A DNA stretch of 64,000 bases from Clostridiaceae bacterium (GTDB lineage Bacteria > Bacillota > Clostridia > Oscillospirales > QAMX01). Below the pieces are notes generated by a model. That model was not told the origin of the DNA. It did not search any database and was given only the letters and a program-made list of their open reading frames with translations. Each line of letters starts with the position of its first letter. Position 1 is the first letter of the stretch. Location: contig JAYFRF010000006.1 in the NCBI GenBank assembly GCA_034926225.1, positions 42,501 to 106,500 of the forward strand. The letters run 5' to 3'. The translations under genes and the position numbers were made by a program. Positions 36,332 to 47,346 of the stretch are shown in pieces.

Positions 36332-38482
36332 ATGGAAACCATCGCACAAATCCTTGCGCGGGAGCTTCAGCAGTCTCTCGCCAATGTGGAAAACGTCATC
36401 CGGCTGCTCGGTGAGGGGAATACCATCCCCTTCATCGCGCGGTACCGCAAGGAACAGCACGGCTCGATGGACGATACCGCGCTGCGCGCCTTAGACGAGC
36501 GGCTCGGATACTTAAAAAACCTCGCCGCGCGGCGCGAGGAGGTCAAGCGTGCCATCGCGGCGCAGGACAAGCTCTCGGACGAGCTTGCCGCTGCGATCGA
36601 CGAGGCCGAAACGCTCGCCGTCGTGGAGGATCTATACCGGCCGTATAAGCAGAAGCGCCGCACCCGCGCCACCGTCGCCCGTGAGCGCGGTCTTGAGCCG
36701 CTTGCCCTGCTTCTTTTTGCGCAGGACGACCGCGTACGCGATATCCGTATCGCGGCTGCGCCGTATATCGACCCCGAACGGGGCGTGAATACCGTCGACG
36801 ACGCGCTCGTGGGAGCCGCCGATATCATCGCGGAGACGCTTTCCGACGATGCGGGGCTGCGCGCGCAGCTGCGCGGCTTCCTTCAGCGGGAAGCCGTGCT
36901 GCGCTCGGTCAAGACGAAGGATGAGGACTCCGTCTACCGGCTGTACTACGACTTTTCGCAGGCGCTGCCGCGCGTGGCGGGGCATCAGACGCTTGCGATC
37001 AATCGCGGAGAGAAGGAGGGATACCTGAAGGTCTCCATCGAATGCGACAAAAAGCGTGCGTTGACGCTCATCCTCCGCGCCGTCGGTGTACCTGGGAGCG
37101 CCGCAATGGACTTTCTGCGCGCAACCGCCGAGGATGCGTGGGACAGACTCCTCGCGCCGTCGATGGAGCGGGAGCTGCGCACGGCGCTGACCGAAGCGGC
37201 AACCGAGGGCGCTATCCATAACTTCGCCTCAAACCTCAAGCCCCTGCTGATGCAGCCGCCGGTCAAGGGCGCGGTCACGATGGGGCTCGACCCCGGCTAC
37301 CGCAACGGCTGTAAGGTCGCCGTCGTCGACGCGACGGGCAAGGTCCTCGACACCGCCGTCGTCTACCCGACGTTCGGCGAGCGGCAGAAGGAGGAGGCCA
37401 TCGCGCATCTCTCCGCGCTGATCCGGCGTCACGGCGTGCGCTGTCTCGCCATCGGCAACGGCACCGCGTCGCGCGAGACAGAGCAGATGGCGGCACAGAT
37501 GCTCCGGCGCATCGGGGGCGATCTGTCCTATATGATCGTGAGCGAATCGGGCGCTTCGGTCTATTCGGCGTCAAAGCTCGCGGCGGAGGAGTTCCCGCAG
37601 TACGACGTGAACCTGCGCAGCGCGGTATCCATCGCCCGCCGCCTGCAGGATCCCCTCGCGGAGCTTGTGAAGATCGACCCCAAGGCCATCGGCGTGGGGC
37701 AGTACCAGCATGACATGCCCGGTGCGGCGCTCGACGACGCGCTCGACGGGGTTGTCGAGGACTGCGTGAACGCGGTGGGCGTGGACGTGAACACGGCGTC
37801 GGCGTCGCTTTTGCGGCGCATCTCGGGCCTGACAGCGGCGACGGCGAAGAACATCGTGGCGTACCGTGAGGAAAACGGCGGATTTACAAGCCGAAAAGAG
37901 CTTTTGAAGGTACAAAAGCTCGGTCCCCGCGCGTATGAGCAGTGCGCGGGCTTCCTGCGCGTCCCGGAGAGCTGGACGCTGCTCGACCGCACCGGGGTGC
38001 ATCCGGAAAGCTATGAAGCGGCGGAAAAGCTGCTCGCGCTGTTCGGCTGCACGGACGCGGACTTCCGCGCGGGAGGCATCCCCGGCATAGAGGCGCGTCT
38101 TGCCGCCTACGGCGCGGAAAACGCCGCCCGCGACTGCGGCGTCGGCGTTCCGACGATCCTCGACATCGCAAGAGAGCTGATAAAGCCCGGCCGCGACCCG
38201 CGCGACGAGCTGCCGGAGCCTATCCTGCGCACCGATGTACTCGAAATGAAGGATCTGCGCCCCGATATGATCCTTTCCGGCACCGTGCGCAACGTCATCG
38301 ACTTCGGCGCGTTTGTGGACATCGGCGTGCATCAGGACGGCCTCGTCCACATCTCGGAAATTGCCGACCGCCGCGTCCGCCACCCTTCGGAAGTGCTTTC
38401 CGTCGGGGATGTCGTGCGCGTGAAGGTGCTCGCAGTAGATGAAAAGCAGAATCGGATATCTTTATCCATCAAACAGGTTTGA
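36332..38482 (+). CDS. tex: Tex family RNA-binding transcription accessory protein
   Basis: GNTIPFIARYRKE, DPGYRNGCK, IGNGTASRE, IGVGQYQHD, C-terminal S1. Confidence 0.96.
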   Translation: METIAQILARELQQSLANVENVIRLLGEGNTIPFIARYRKEQHGSMDDTALRALDERLGYLKNLAARREEVKRAIAAQDKLSDELAAAIDEAETLAVVEDLYRPYKQKRRTRATVARERGLEPLALLLFAQDDRVRDIRIAAAPYIDPERGVNTVDDALVGAADIIAETLSDDAGLRAQLRGFLQREAVLRSVKTKDEDSVYRLYYDFSQALPRVAGHQTLAINRGEKEGYLKVSIECDKKRALTLILRAVGVPGSAAMDFLRATAEDAWDRLLAPSMERELRTALTEAATEGAIHNFASNLKPLLMQPPVKGAVTMGLDPGYRNGCKVAVVDATGKVLDTAVVYPTFGERQKEEAIAHLSALIRRHGVRCLAIGNGTASRETEQMAAQMLRRIGGDLSYMIVSESGASVYSASKLAAEEFPQYDVNLRSAVSIARRLQDPLAELVKIDPKAIGVGQYQHDMPGAALDDALDGVVEDCVNAVGVDVNTASASLLRRISGLTAATAKNIVAYREENGGFTSRKELLKVQKLGPRAYEQCAGFLRVPESWTLLDRTGVHPESYEAAEKLLALFGCTDADFRAGGIPGIEARLAAYGAENAARDCGVGVPTILDIARELIKPGRDPRDELPEPILRTDVLEMKDLRPDMILSGTVRNVIDFGAFVDIGVHQDGLVHISEIADRRVRHPSEVLSVGDVVRVKVLAVDEKQNRISLSIKQV

Positions 38483-38944
38483 TTATCTAGCTCATACCTT
38501 GCAGGGGGCGCTTCGCCCCCCTGCACCTCCCGACCTCTTTCTTTGCGCGAGCAAAGAAAGAGGGAAAGAAAGCTCGCTTAAGGGGACTGAAGTCCCCTTA
38601 AGTATCCCTCCGGTGTTGCGTCGCCTGCGGGCGACGCTTATACGGGGGCTTACCTTTCATAAAAACAGAGATGCCGTCGTTTTCTGATCCTTTCTGAAAA
38701 GCTTACCCATGTTCTAGGGTGGCATTTTCCGTTCGGATAGACAACGACGGCATTCTCAGCCATACACAAGCTAAACTCCCGTATAAGCATCGCGAAGCGA
38801 TGCCGTTCCGGAGAGATTCTTAAGAGGACTTTAGTCCTCTTAAGACGGCTTTCTTTGTTACTTTCTTTGCCGGGGCAAAGAAAGTAGCCCGGAGAGGTCC
38901 GGAGGGGCGGGCAGCGCCCTCCGGGAGTATGAACCAGATAATCA
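38480..38944. repeat. Composite palindromic multi-hairpin element, copy A (core type I)
   Basis: Two inverted arms of 4 hairpins; highly similar to 42893-43335 and 61981-62459. Confidence 0.92.
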
Positions 38945-38970
38945 GCCCTGTTCGACGAATAAAGAATACC

Positions 38971-40698
38971 CTATTTCGCTTTGTAGACGACGAAAGCATT
39001 CGGTATCTGACGCCCATCCGTCTTATTCGATCCGGACGGGTACGTAATCACGCGGCCGTTGTAGTACATAACGGAGGACGACCCGCCGTCGAGGGCGCTT
39101 GCCTGGACCGCGCCGTATTTTGCGAGAATCCTCGCGCCATCGATGGACTGACACCCCAAAGAGCTTGCCGAGCGGCCGTTGATAACGAGCATCAGGACGG
39201 TACCATCGGCGGTCTGTCCGAGCGCCGTGCGGGGGTTGATGCCCCAGCCGTCGTTGACCGTGACGACGATCTCGCCGTTATTGATGAGCAGGGGTTTGAA
39301 TTCCGCCGCGTCGCGCAGCTCGCGATCGAGCGACTTATACGAGCCTGTGAAGAGGACATTGTCATAGTCAAATCCGACGACCTTCCAGCTCTCGGTCTTC
39401 GACAGAACCTCACCGTCCGAAACGACATAGCCGTACGGCGAGCCGCCGTTGCCCGTACCACCGTCGTCGACGAAGCCCGAGGCGTTGATGCCGAGAATCG
39501 CACCGTTGTCCTCGCACAGCGTGGGGATGCGCTGCCCGACGCTCCACAGCTTCTTCGTTACGACTAAGCCCACCTGCGCCGGGTCGCGCACAATCGCAAG
39601 GACGCCGTTGAAGCCGTCGCCGGTGACGCGAACCAGCAAAATCCCGTTGCGCGTATCCAAGGCAAGCACCGTGTCACCGTTCGTCGTCTGGATCGTCGTG
39701 CCTTTACCATCGCGGTCTGCTTCGTCGATCATCAGATAGCCGTCCGCGTCGAACATCGCGTCTCCCTTCGTCAGCGCATAGCGGTTAAACGAGGCGATGT
39801 CCAACTCCGGATACGCAAGATACAGCGGATGATTCGGGTCGAGCCATTCGGATATATCGCGTACCGTCGTCGTCGTAGCAGTCGCCGCCGTCGTCGCCTG
39901 CGAGGACGCGGCTGTCGTTCCGGCCGGCACGGTCGGCTGGGTCGCCGTCGTCGTGCCGCGCAGCGCGCCAAGCGTCGTGTTGTCGGTCGGTTTGACAAGC
40001 TCCTTGTCGGATACCATGTCCGCCTGCTCCTCGTCGAGCTTATACCGCGCCGTGACCGCTTCGTCAATGATCGATTTCGGGATGAACGCCGTCGCCAGCC
40101 ACTGGTGCGACTTTGTGCTCATCGCTGTTTCAATGTAGATCGTGCGCCATTTCGCGATGAACGCGTTGGGCGAAAACACCGCGATCAGATACAGCGCGAT
40201 CAGGAGCACCGCTGCGATGCCGACACGCCACGGCCAGCGCAGACGCCGCTTTTTTACGGGCATCTCCGGCTCCGGAACCCGTTCCGGCAGCCTCACACGA
40301 GGCGCGACCGGGGGTTTTGCACCGCCCGCCCCGCTCGCGCCGTCCGGCTCATGAGACGAGGTAAATACCACATCCTCATCGTCGACCCAGCGATACCCCG
40401 CCTGCCCCGGACGCGGTGCATTCACAGGATTTGTCTGCTGCACCGCCGGACGGACGGGCTGCTTTGACTGCGGCTGTGGTATGCGCGGCTGTGGTGTCGG
40501 ACGTGCCGTAACCTGAGGCTGCAGTGTGCGCGGCGCGGATGCCGACTGTACCGTAGTTTGCTCCGTATCGTCGTCGATCAGATAGTATCCCGCATTATCC
40601 CGAGCGTAAGTATCCTGCTTTGCAGGCTCACCCTCCAGCGCGGAGGAACCGTTCGTTTTCCCGTTCACGCGGCGGCCGCCGCCTCCGTATAACTTCAT
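38971..40698 (-). CDS. Phosphodiester glycosidase (NAGPA/EpsL-like) membrane protein
   Basis: GINASGF, NPRTALGQ, ALDGGSSS; single TM; Pro/Thr-rich linkers. Confidence 0.9.
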   Translation of the reverse strand: MKLYGGGGRRVNGKTNGSSALEGEPAKQDTYARDNAGYYLIDDDTEQTTVQSASAPRTLQPQVTARPTPQPRIPQPQSKQPVRPAVQQTNPVNAPRPGQAGYRWVDDEDVVFTSSHEPDGASGAGGAKPPVAPRVRLPERVPEPEMPVKKRRLRWPWRVGIAAVLLIALYLIAVFSPNAFIAKWRTIYIETAMSTKSHQWLATAFIPKSIIDEAVTARYKLDEEQADMVSDKELVKPTDNTTLGALRGTTTATQPTVPAGTTAASSQATTAATATTTTVRDISEWLDPNHPLYLAYPELDIASFNRYALTKGDAMFDADGYLMIDEADRDGKGTTIQTTNGDTVLALDTRNGILLVRVTGDGFNGVLAIVRDPAQVGLVVTKKLWSVGQRIPTLCEDNGAILGINASGFVDDGGTGNGGSPYGYVVSDGEVLSKTESWKVVGFDYDNVLFTGSYKSLDRELRDAAEFKPLLINNGEIVVTVNDGWGINPRTALGQTADGTVLMLVINGRSASSLGCQSIDGARILAKYGAVQASALDGGSSSVMYYNGRVITYPSGSNKTDGRQIPNAFVVYKAK

Positions 40699-40877
40699 AT
40701 CTTAACTTATCCTTTCGCGTTCCGTTTACATATGTTAGACGAATTCGCTATAAAAATTGTTTCCCCAAAAGAAAACCGTTTTCGTGTTATTCTATCACAA
40801 TCCGCGCTTTTTTACAAGGATATATTGCGTAAGGAATTTCGAATTTTTGGCATAGCTTTATGCCATGCAAAAAATAA

Positions 40878-40930
40878 TATCATAAGACGTATAATACTAC
40901 TTGACAAATGATATTATACATGGTATAGTA
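40878..40930 (+). promoter_or_regulatory. Promoter with two palindromic PadR-type operators
   Basis: TTGACA-17-TATAGT; TATTATAC-ATG-GTATAGTA (40912) and TATCATAA-GAC-GTATAATA (40878). Confidence 0.65.
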
Positions 40931-40952
40931 TCAACCGTAAGGAGGGGAGCGG

Positions 40953-41309
40953 ATGGATCCTCAGTTAAAAAAGGGATTGCTGGACGCGTGCGTGCTCGCG
41001 GTGATCGAGGACCGTGACACGTATGGGTACAGTCTGACGCAAAAGACCGTGGAGCTGCTCGGCGTATCGGAGTCGTCGCTGTACCCGGTGCTTCGGAGAC
41101 TGGAGCAGCAGGGGTGCTTTGAGACGTACAATGCGGAATACGGCGGCCGGCTGCGCAAGTACTACCGGATGACGCCGAAAGGACAGGAGCGGCTCAGCGA
41201 TATGCGGGCGGATATGAATGCTCTGCACCGGATTATTGAATTTATCATGGGAAACGACGCGAAAAAGGATGGAATTACGCGTCTTTCGGACGGAGGGGAA
41301 GCCAAGTGA
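40953..41309 (+). CDS. PadR family transcriptional regulator
   Basis: QLKKGLLD...YGYSL...SLYPVLRRLE...GRLRKYY. Confidence 0.93.
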   Translation: MDPQLKKGLLDACVLAVIEDRDTYGYSLTQKTVELLGVSESSLYPVLRRLEQQGCFETYNAEYGGRLRKYYRMTPKGQERLSDMRADMNALHRIIEFIMGNDAKKDGITRLSDGGEAK

Positions 41310-41932
41310 CAAAGGAAGCGTTTTTAACGGCGCTTGCAAACGGTCTGTCGACGCTGCCGCAGGAGGAGCGCGACGAAGCGCTGCGGTATTACCGCGAATA
41401 CATCGAAGACGGCGTGGAAGCCGGGCGAAGCGAGGCCGATGTCGTCGCCTCCCTAGACCCACCGGGGACGATCGCGCTGCAAATCTGCCGGGAGTCCACC
41501 TTTAAGCGTGCGGCGGCGCGTCCGACGCCGCGCAACACCTCGCGGGCGCTGGCGGCGGTGTTCGGGGTGCTGTCGCTGCCGGTGACACTGCCGATCGCCC
41601 TCTGTCTGATCGCAGCGGCCTTCTGCGTGGTCATCGCGGCGTTCGCGGTGGCGGCATCCGTCGCGGCGGGCATCGTCGCGGTCGTCGCGGCGGCACTCGT
41701 GATGGGGGTGCGGTCGATCTGGTTACTCGCGGCGGGTGTTATGACCGGCAGTGCGGCGGTGTTCACCGTCGGACTCGGGCTTTGCGGTGTCGCGGTCGCA
41801 ATTTTCTCGGTGATCGCACTTTCGTATGTACTCTACGGCGTCGGGAAAGGTGTCGGACGGTTCTTTCGCTGGTTAGGCGGCACGGTACGTAAGCTCGGCA
41901 ACAAAAATCGGAAAGGAGGGGAAGCCGCATGA
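41306..41932 (+). CDS. DUF1700 (HAAS) membrane protein
   Basis: MTKEAFL..L...L..LPQEERDEALRYYREYIED; TM C-terminus. Confidence 0.88.
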   Translation: MTKEAFLTALANGLSTLPQEERDEALRYYREYIEDGVEAGRSEADVVASLDPPGTIALQICRESTFKRAAARPTPRNTSRALAAVFGVLSLPVTLPIALCLIAAAFCVVIAAFAVAASVAAGIVAVVAAALVMGVRSIWLLAAGVMTGSAAVFTVGLGLCGVAVAIFSVIALSYVLYGVGKGVGRFFRWLGGTVRKLGNKNRKGGEAA

Positions 41933-42858
41933 AAAAAACGATGAAAACGCTCGCTGTTATCGCGGCTGTCCTTTTAAGTCTCGGCCTGATCGTCTGCGTA
42001 GGCGCGATGGCAACGACGGAAAATGGCTTCCGGGACGCCGTGTCCTGGTTTACGACCCCACTCTTCGTCAGCTGGGACAACAATACGCACCGTCTGCGCG
42101 TCAGCGTTCCCGAGGAATACGGCGAGCCCGCGTCGTATGACTTCACAGCCGCCGGCGCGATTCGCGAAATTGTCATCGAAACCGTCTCGCCGCGCATCCG
42201 TCTCGTACCTACTGCCGGCATCGACCGCATGCGCGTGCATTATACCGAGCGCTATGACGGCCAGTTCATCGTCGCGGAGGACGGCGGCACGCTGCGTATC
42301 ACACAGGACGCCGTCATCGGTTCTGTCGGCCTCGATTTTCAATCGCTGACGGAGGAAATCATTATCGAATACCCCTCAGGAACCGCGCTGGACGCACTGA
42401 CCATCGAAAGTGTCAACGGGTCCGTTGACATCGGCGCGCTGACCGCGAAAACGGTCAGGCTTGGCGGCACGAACGGCGGCGTCCATCTTTCGGAGCTGAC
42501 CGCGAACACCGTCGTCTACGCAAGCGTCAACGGCAGTCTGACCGGCACGCTCACCTGCGACAGTCTGACGGCGAACACAACCAACGGCGGCTTCACGCTG
42601 GCGCTCGACGCGCGGAGTGCGGAATTCGCCCACGTCAACGCCGACATCAAACTGACGCTTGCGGGTTCCCCGGGCGAATACGCCCTAGACTACAGCGCCG
42701 TGAACACCGATCTTGAATTCAACGGCCGCGACTTAGACGCGGGACAGTATACCTTCACCGCCGACGGCCGCCCCATCGTCGGCGTAGCCAACGCCGCGCG
42801 CGTCCTCCGCATCAGCGGCACCAACGGCGGCGTCTCCCTTGAGACGGTGCGGCCTTAG
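41929..42858 (+). CDS. DUF4097 beta-strand repeat protein
   Basis: Signal anchor; repeated S/T-x-NG-x-V units; PadR-DUF1700-DUF4097 operon. Confidence 0.85.
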   Translation: MKKTMKTLAVIAAVLLSLGLIVCVGAMATTENGFRDAVSWFTTPLFVSWDNNTHRLRVSVPEEYGEPASYDFTAAGAIREIVIETVSPRIRLVPTAGIDRMRVHYTERYDGQFIVAEDGGTLRITQDAVIGSVGLDFQSLTEEIIIEYPSGTALDALTIESVNGSVDIGALTAKTVRLGGTNGGVHLSELTANTVVYASVNGSLTGTLTCDSLTANTTNGGFTLALDARSAEFAHVNADIKLTLAGSPGEYALDYSAVNTDLEFNGRDLDAGQYTFTADGRPIVGVANAARVLRISGTNGGVSLETVRP

Positions 42859-42892
42859 GCAGAAGGCACCTTTCTTAACAAACCTTCCCGTT

Positions 42893-43335
42893 GCTGATAC
42901 CTTGCAGGGGGCGTTTCGCCCCCCTGCACCCTCCGACCTCTTTCTTTGCGCGAGCAAAGAAAGAGGGAAAGAAAGCTCGCTTAGGGGAACGAAGTTCCCC
43001 TAAGTACCCCTCCGGGGTTGCGTCGCCTGCGGGCGACGCTTATACGAAGGTTTCCCTCTCATATAAACAGATATGCCGTCGTTTTCTGATCCTTTCCGAA
43101 AAGCTTACCCTTGTTCTTGGGTGGCATTTTCCGTTCGGATAGACAACGACGGCATTTTCAGCCTTATACAAACTAAACTCCCGTATAAGCATCGCGAAGC
43201 GATGCCGTTTTCGGAGAGCTTCTTAAGAGGACTTTAGTCCTCTTAAGCGAGCTTTCTTTCCCTCTTTCTTTGCTCGCGCAAAGAAAGAGGTCGGGAGGTG
43301 CAGGGGGGCGAAGCGCCCCCTGCAAAGGTATGAGC
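42893..43335. repeat. Composite palindromic multi-hairpin element, copy B (core type I)
   Basis: Same architecture as copy A; between convergent genes. Confidence 0.92.
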
Positions 43336-43366
43336 TTAGAATAAAGTCTGTTGAAAAAAGGAAAGC

Positions 43367-45187
43367 TTACCTGTTTCTGGAAGCCATGCGCATTCTCTCG
43401 GAATGGTCAAGAACCTTTTTGCGTACCCGCAGGCTTTTGGGGGTAACCTCTAATAACTCGTCGCTGGCCAAAAACTCCAGCGCCTCCTCGAGGCTCATGA
43501 TCCGCGGGGACTGCAGGCGCAGCGCTTCATCCGAGCCTGCCGCGCGCATGTTGGTGATGTGCTTCTTTTTGCAGACGTTGACCACAATGTCGTCCCCCTT
43601 CGGAGAGGCGCCGACCACCATGCCCGCATAGACCGGAGTACCCGGCGTGATGAATAGTGTACCGCGATCCTGCGCGTTGAACAGGCCGTAGGTAACCGCC
43701 TCGCCCGTCTCGAACGACACGAGCGACCCGACGCTGCGCCCCGGCAGCTCGCCCTTGTACGGTGCATAGTCGTGGAAGACCGCGCTCATGATGCCTTCGC
43801 CGCGCGTGTCCGTCATGAACTCCGAACGGTAGCCGAACAGCCCGCGTGACGGGATGAGGAACTCTAAGCGCATCCGGCTGCCCATCGGCGTCATCTGTGT
43901 AAGCTCGCCCTTGCGGGAGCCGAGCTTCTCCATGACCGAGCCGACGCATTCCGCGGGAACATCCGCGACGAATTCCTCGAACGGCTCGCATAAGACCCCG
44001 CCAATCTCCTGCATTAAGACGCGCGGCGCGCCGACCTGCAGCTCATACCCCTCGCGGCGGATCGTCTCGATCAGGATGGACAGGTGCATCTCGCCGCGTC
44101 CGAGGACGCGGAAGGCGTCGGTGGAGTCCGTTTCCTCGACATGCAGCGATACGTCGCGCAAAAGCTCGCGGAACAGACGGTCGCGCAGGTTCCTCGACGT
44201 GACGTACTTGCCCTCACGCCCGGCAAAGGGGCTGTCGTTGACCATAAAGGTCATCTCGACCGTCGGCGGGGAAATTTTAACGAAGGCGACCGGCTCGATA
44301 CAGGTCGGGACGCAGACTGTGTTGCCGATGTTGATCGTCTCGACGCCGGACATGCAGACGATGTCTCCGGCCACCGCTCTCTCGACCGGCGTGCGCTTTA
44401 ACCCGTCGAACTGATACAGCGCGGTGATCTTGCCGCGCGTGGACGTCTCCGTACGGTGATAGTCGCAGACCTGGATTTCCTGTCCGACGCGGAACTCGCC
44501 GCGCTCGATTTTGCCGATGGCCATGCGTCCGACATACTCGTTGTAGTCGACGCAGGACACGAGCATCTGCGGCGCGCCTTCGGCATCGACGTCCGGCGCG
44601 GGGATGGTGCGCACGATGGTCTCAAACAGCGCGGTCAGATCCTCGCCCGGCTCGTCCCAGACAAGGGACGCCGTTCCCTCGCGCCCGGAGCAGTAGACGA
44701 TGGGGCTGTCTAGGACGTCGGGGTTGGCATTCAAGTCGAGCATCAGCTCGAGCACCTCGTCGCCGATCTCGGCGGTACGGGCGTCGGGGCGGTCGATCTT
44801 ATTAACGACGATAATCACGCGCAGATTTAAGTCGAGCGCCTTTTGCAGGACGAAGCGCGTCTGCGGCATCGGCCCCTCGAACGCGTCGACGAGCAGCAGT
44901 ACGCCGTCGACCATTTTTAAGACGCGTTCGACCTCGCCGCCGAAGTCGGCGTGTCCGGGCGTATCGACGATATTGATTTTAATGCCATGGTACTCGGCGG
45001 AAGTATTTTTGGCGAGAATAGTAATGCCGCGCTCACGTTCGAGGTCGCCGGAGTCCATCACGCGCTCCTGCACGTTCTGGTTCTCGCGGAAGATCCCACC
45101 CTGACGGAGCATCTGGTCTACGAGTGTGGTCTTCCCGTGGTCGACGTGAGCGATAATTGCGATATTGCGTAAATTGCTGCGAATCAA
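43367..45187 (-). CDS. typA: Translational GTPase TypA/BipA
   Basis: [44 protein letters not shown]; TTG start with GGAGG. Confidence 0.98.
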   Translation of the reverse strand: MIRSNLRNIAIIAHVDHGKTTLVDQMLRQGGIFRENQNVQERVMDSGDLERERGITILAKNTSAEYHGIKINIVDTPGHADFGGEVERVLKMVDGVLLLVDAFEGPMPQTRFVLQKALDLNLRVIIVVNKIDRPDARTAEIGDEVLELMLDLNANPDVLDSPIVYCSGREGTASLVWDEPGEDLTALFETIVRTIPAPDVDAEGAPQMLVSCVDYNEYVGRMAIGKIERGEFRVGQEIQVCDYHRTETSTRGKITALYQFDGLKRTPVERAVAGDIVCMSGVETINIGNTVCVPTCIEPVAFVKISPPTVEMTFMVNDSPFAGREGKYVTSRNLRDRLFRELLRDVSLHVEETDSTDAFRVLGRGEMHLSILIETIRREGYELQVGAPRVLMQEIGGVLCEPFEEFVADVPAECVGSVMEKLGSRKGELTQMTPMGSRMRLEFLIPSRGLFGYRSEFMTDTRGEGIMSAVFHDYAPYKGELPGRSVGSLVSFETGEAVTYGLFNAQDRGTLFITPGTPVYAGMVVGASPKGDDIVVNVCKKKHITNMRAAGSDEALRLQSPRIMSLEEALEFLASDELLEVTPKSLRVRKKVLDHSERMRMASRNR

Positions 45188-45488
45188 AAAAGATTCCTCC
45201 AAAACATAAATAAGCACCTGTTTTTTCCACTTAACCAATCTATTATACCACATAGTAAAAGCGTTGTAAACGCCGAATATTCACAACCGTTCCCCCCATT
45301 CCCCACCGCTTTTATGTTATTTTCGTTCATTTCCCCTTCTCTCCATCCATTCCCCTGCAAAAAGCACCCGTGCGGCGGCCGACGGAGATGCATCTCCCCC
45401 GCCTTTGTAAAATAGCTTGCATTTTATTCCCCAGTATGGTATAATATACACAGACTGCATAAAACCGTTTTTTAGGAGCCATTCCACG

Positions 45489-47330
45489 ATGATAAACCGC
45501 TACCCCGTCCTGGACGAGGTCACACGCAGCGCCGATGCCCTCGCGCGCCTCGACCGCGCGGAGTTATCCCGGCTTTGCGCCGAAATCCGGGCTTTTTTGA
45601 TTGAGAATATTGCGAAAACCGGCGGACACCTCGCGTCAAACCTCGGTATCGTCGAAATTTCCGTCGCGCTGGCGCTCGAGTTCGACCCTTATCGCGACCG
45701 CATCCTGTACGACGTCGGGCACCAATGCTACGTGCACAAGCTGCTGACAGGCCGCCGCGAGGGGTTTGAAACGCTGCGCACGACAGGCGGTATGTCCGGC
45801 TTCCCGCGCCCCTGGGAAAGCACCGCCGACCCGTTCGTCGCGGGACACGCTTCAAACGCCCTGTCGGCCGCGGCGGGGCTCGCACGCGCACGCACCCTCG
45901 ATCGCGCAGACCATCGCGTCGTCGCGGTCGTCGGCGACGGCGCGCTCACCGGCGGTATGACGATGGAAGCCTTAAACGATATTGGACGGGGCGAGGAGCC
46001 GCTCATCGTGATCCTCAACGATAACGGGATGGCGATCTCCAAAAGCGTCGGCAGTATCGCAAACTACCTGAATCGCATCCGAACGCGCCCGTCGTACTAC
46101 CGCTTCAAAACCTTCGTCGAGCGCAGCGTGAGCAAGCGCTTTGGCGGCTTCCTTAAGCGCTTAAAACGCCATGTCAAGACGCTGCTGCTGCCGGCTTCCA
46201 TCATCGAAAGCCTGGGGTTTTCCTACCTCGGACCCGTCGACGGCCACGATATCGCAAAGCTGCGGGATATGATCTCTTTTGCGAAGCTCCTAAACCGCCC
46301 GGTCGTTATCCACTGCGTCACGGTCAAAGGGCGCGGCGCGGAATACGCCGAGCAGGAGCCCGACCGCTACCACGGCGCGCCGGCGTTCGACGCTTTCTCG
46401 GGAGCCGTGCTGACGCCAAAACGCGTCGGCTTCTCCGACGTGTTCGGCGAGACGATGTGCGCGCTGGCACGCGATAACAGGAAGCTCTGCGCGATCACCG
46501 CCGCGATGCCGACGGGCACGGGGCTTGCCGGATTTGCGCATGACTTCCCGGCGCGCTTCTTTGACGTCGGCATTGCCGAGCAGCATGCCGTCACAATGGC
46601 GGCGGGGCTTGCGAAGGGCGGGTACACACCGGTCTGCGCGATCTACTCGACGTTTTTGCAGCGCGCCTACGATCAGATTCTTCATGATGTATGCATCGAC
46701 CCGGTGCATGTGGTCTTCGCGATCGACCGCGCGGGGTTGGTTCCCGGCGACGGCGAAACGCATCAGGGGCTGTTCGACGTGAGTTACCTCGCCGCTGCGC
46801 CGGGGATGACGGTATACGCGCCGTCAAACCTCGACGAGTTGTCCCTAACCCTGCGCCGCGCCATCCTTGCACACACCGGCCCCATCGCGGTACGCTATCC
46901 GCGCGGGAGCGAGGGTGAATGCCGGTTCTGCGACGGTGCGGACGCCGCCGTGATCGCCGGGGAGGACGGGGGAACGCCGGACGCGACGATCGTGTGCTAC
47001 GGCACACTCGCAAACGAAGCGCTCCTTGCCGCCGCAAGCCTTGCGTGCGAGGGAAAACGCGTGCGGGTGGTGAAGATACTGCGCATCCTCCCCATCCCGC
47101 CGCTCGCGGCCTACGCGGACGCACCGATGGTGTTCGCGGAGGAAGCGGCGCGTACGGGGAGTATAGGCGAGCGAGTGCTGGCGAAGTTTGCGGAGGAAGG
47201 GATTTGCGTCCGCGCAAAACGGCTCGACGCGGGGGAGCGGTTTCTGCCCTGCGGGGACTTAGGCTCTCTGCGGCGGATGTGCGGGTTGGACGCGGAAAGC
47301 ATCGCGGACGCGGTGCGCGGACTGCTATGA
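45489..47330 (+). CDS. dxs: 1-deoxy-D-xylulose-5-phosphate synthase
   Basis: GGHLASNLG, DVGHQCY, GDGALTGG, FDVGIAEQH, YSTFLQRAYDQ. Confidence 0.96.
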   Translation: MINRYPVLDEVTRSADALARLDRAELSRLCAEIRAFLIENIAKTGGHLASNLGIVEISVALALEFDPYRDRILYDVGHQCYVHKLLTGRREGFETLRTTGGMSGFPRPWESTADPFVAGHASNALSAAAGLARARTLDRADHRVVAVVGDGALTGGMTMEALNDIGRGEEPLIVILNDNGMAISKSVGSIANYLNRIRTRPSYYRFKTFVERSVSKRFGGFLKRLKRHVKTLLLPASIIESLGFSYLGPVDGHDIAKLRDMISFAKLLNRPVVIHCVTVKGRGAEYAEQEPDRYHGAPAFDAFSGAVLTPKRVGFSDVFGETMCALARDNRKLCAITAAMPTGTGLAGFAHDFPARFFDVGIAEQHAVTMAAGLAKGGYTPVCAIYSTFLQRAYDQILHDVCIDPVHVVFAIDRAGLVPGDGETHQGLFDVSYLAAAPGMTVYAPSNLDELSLTLRRAILAHTGPIAVRYPRGSEGECRFCDGADAAVIAGEDGGTPDATIVCYGTLANEALLAAASLACEGKRVRVVKILRILPIPPLAAYADAPMVFAEEAARTGSIGERVLAKFAEEGICVRAKRLDAGERFLPCGDLGSLRRMCGLDAESIADAVRGLL

Positions 47331-47346
47331 CGGGGGGATATAGCAC

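Noticed and set aside
39860-39980. GTC-rich quasi-tandem repeats
   Set aside because: Encode the Thr/Ala-rich linker of the phosphodiester glycosidase
45285-45400. Pyrimidine-rich C-tracts between typA and dxs (possible G-quadruplex on minus strand)
   Set aside because: Irregular tracts in a divergent promoter region; nothing beyond composition supports function
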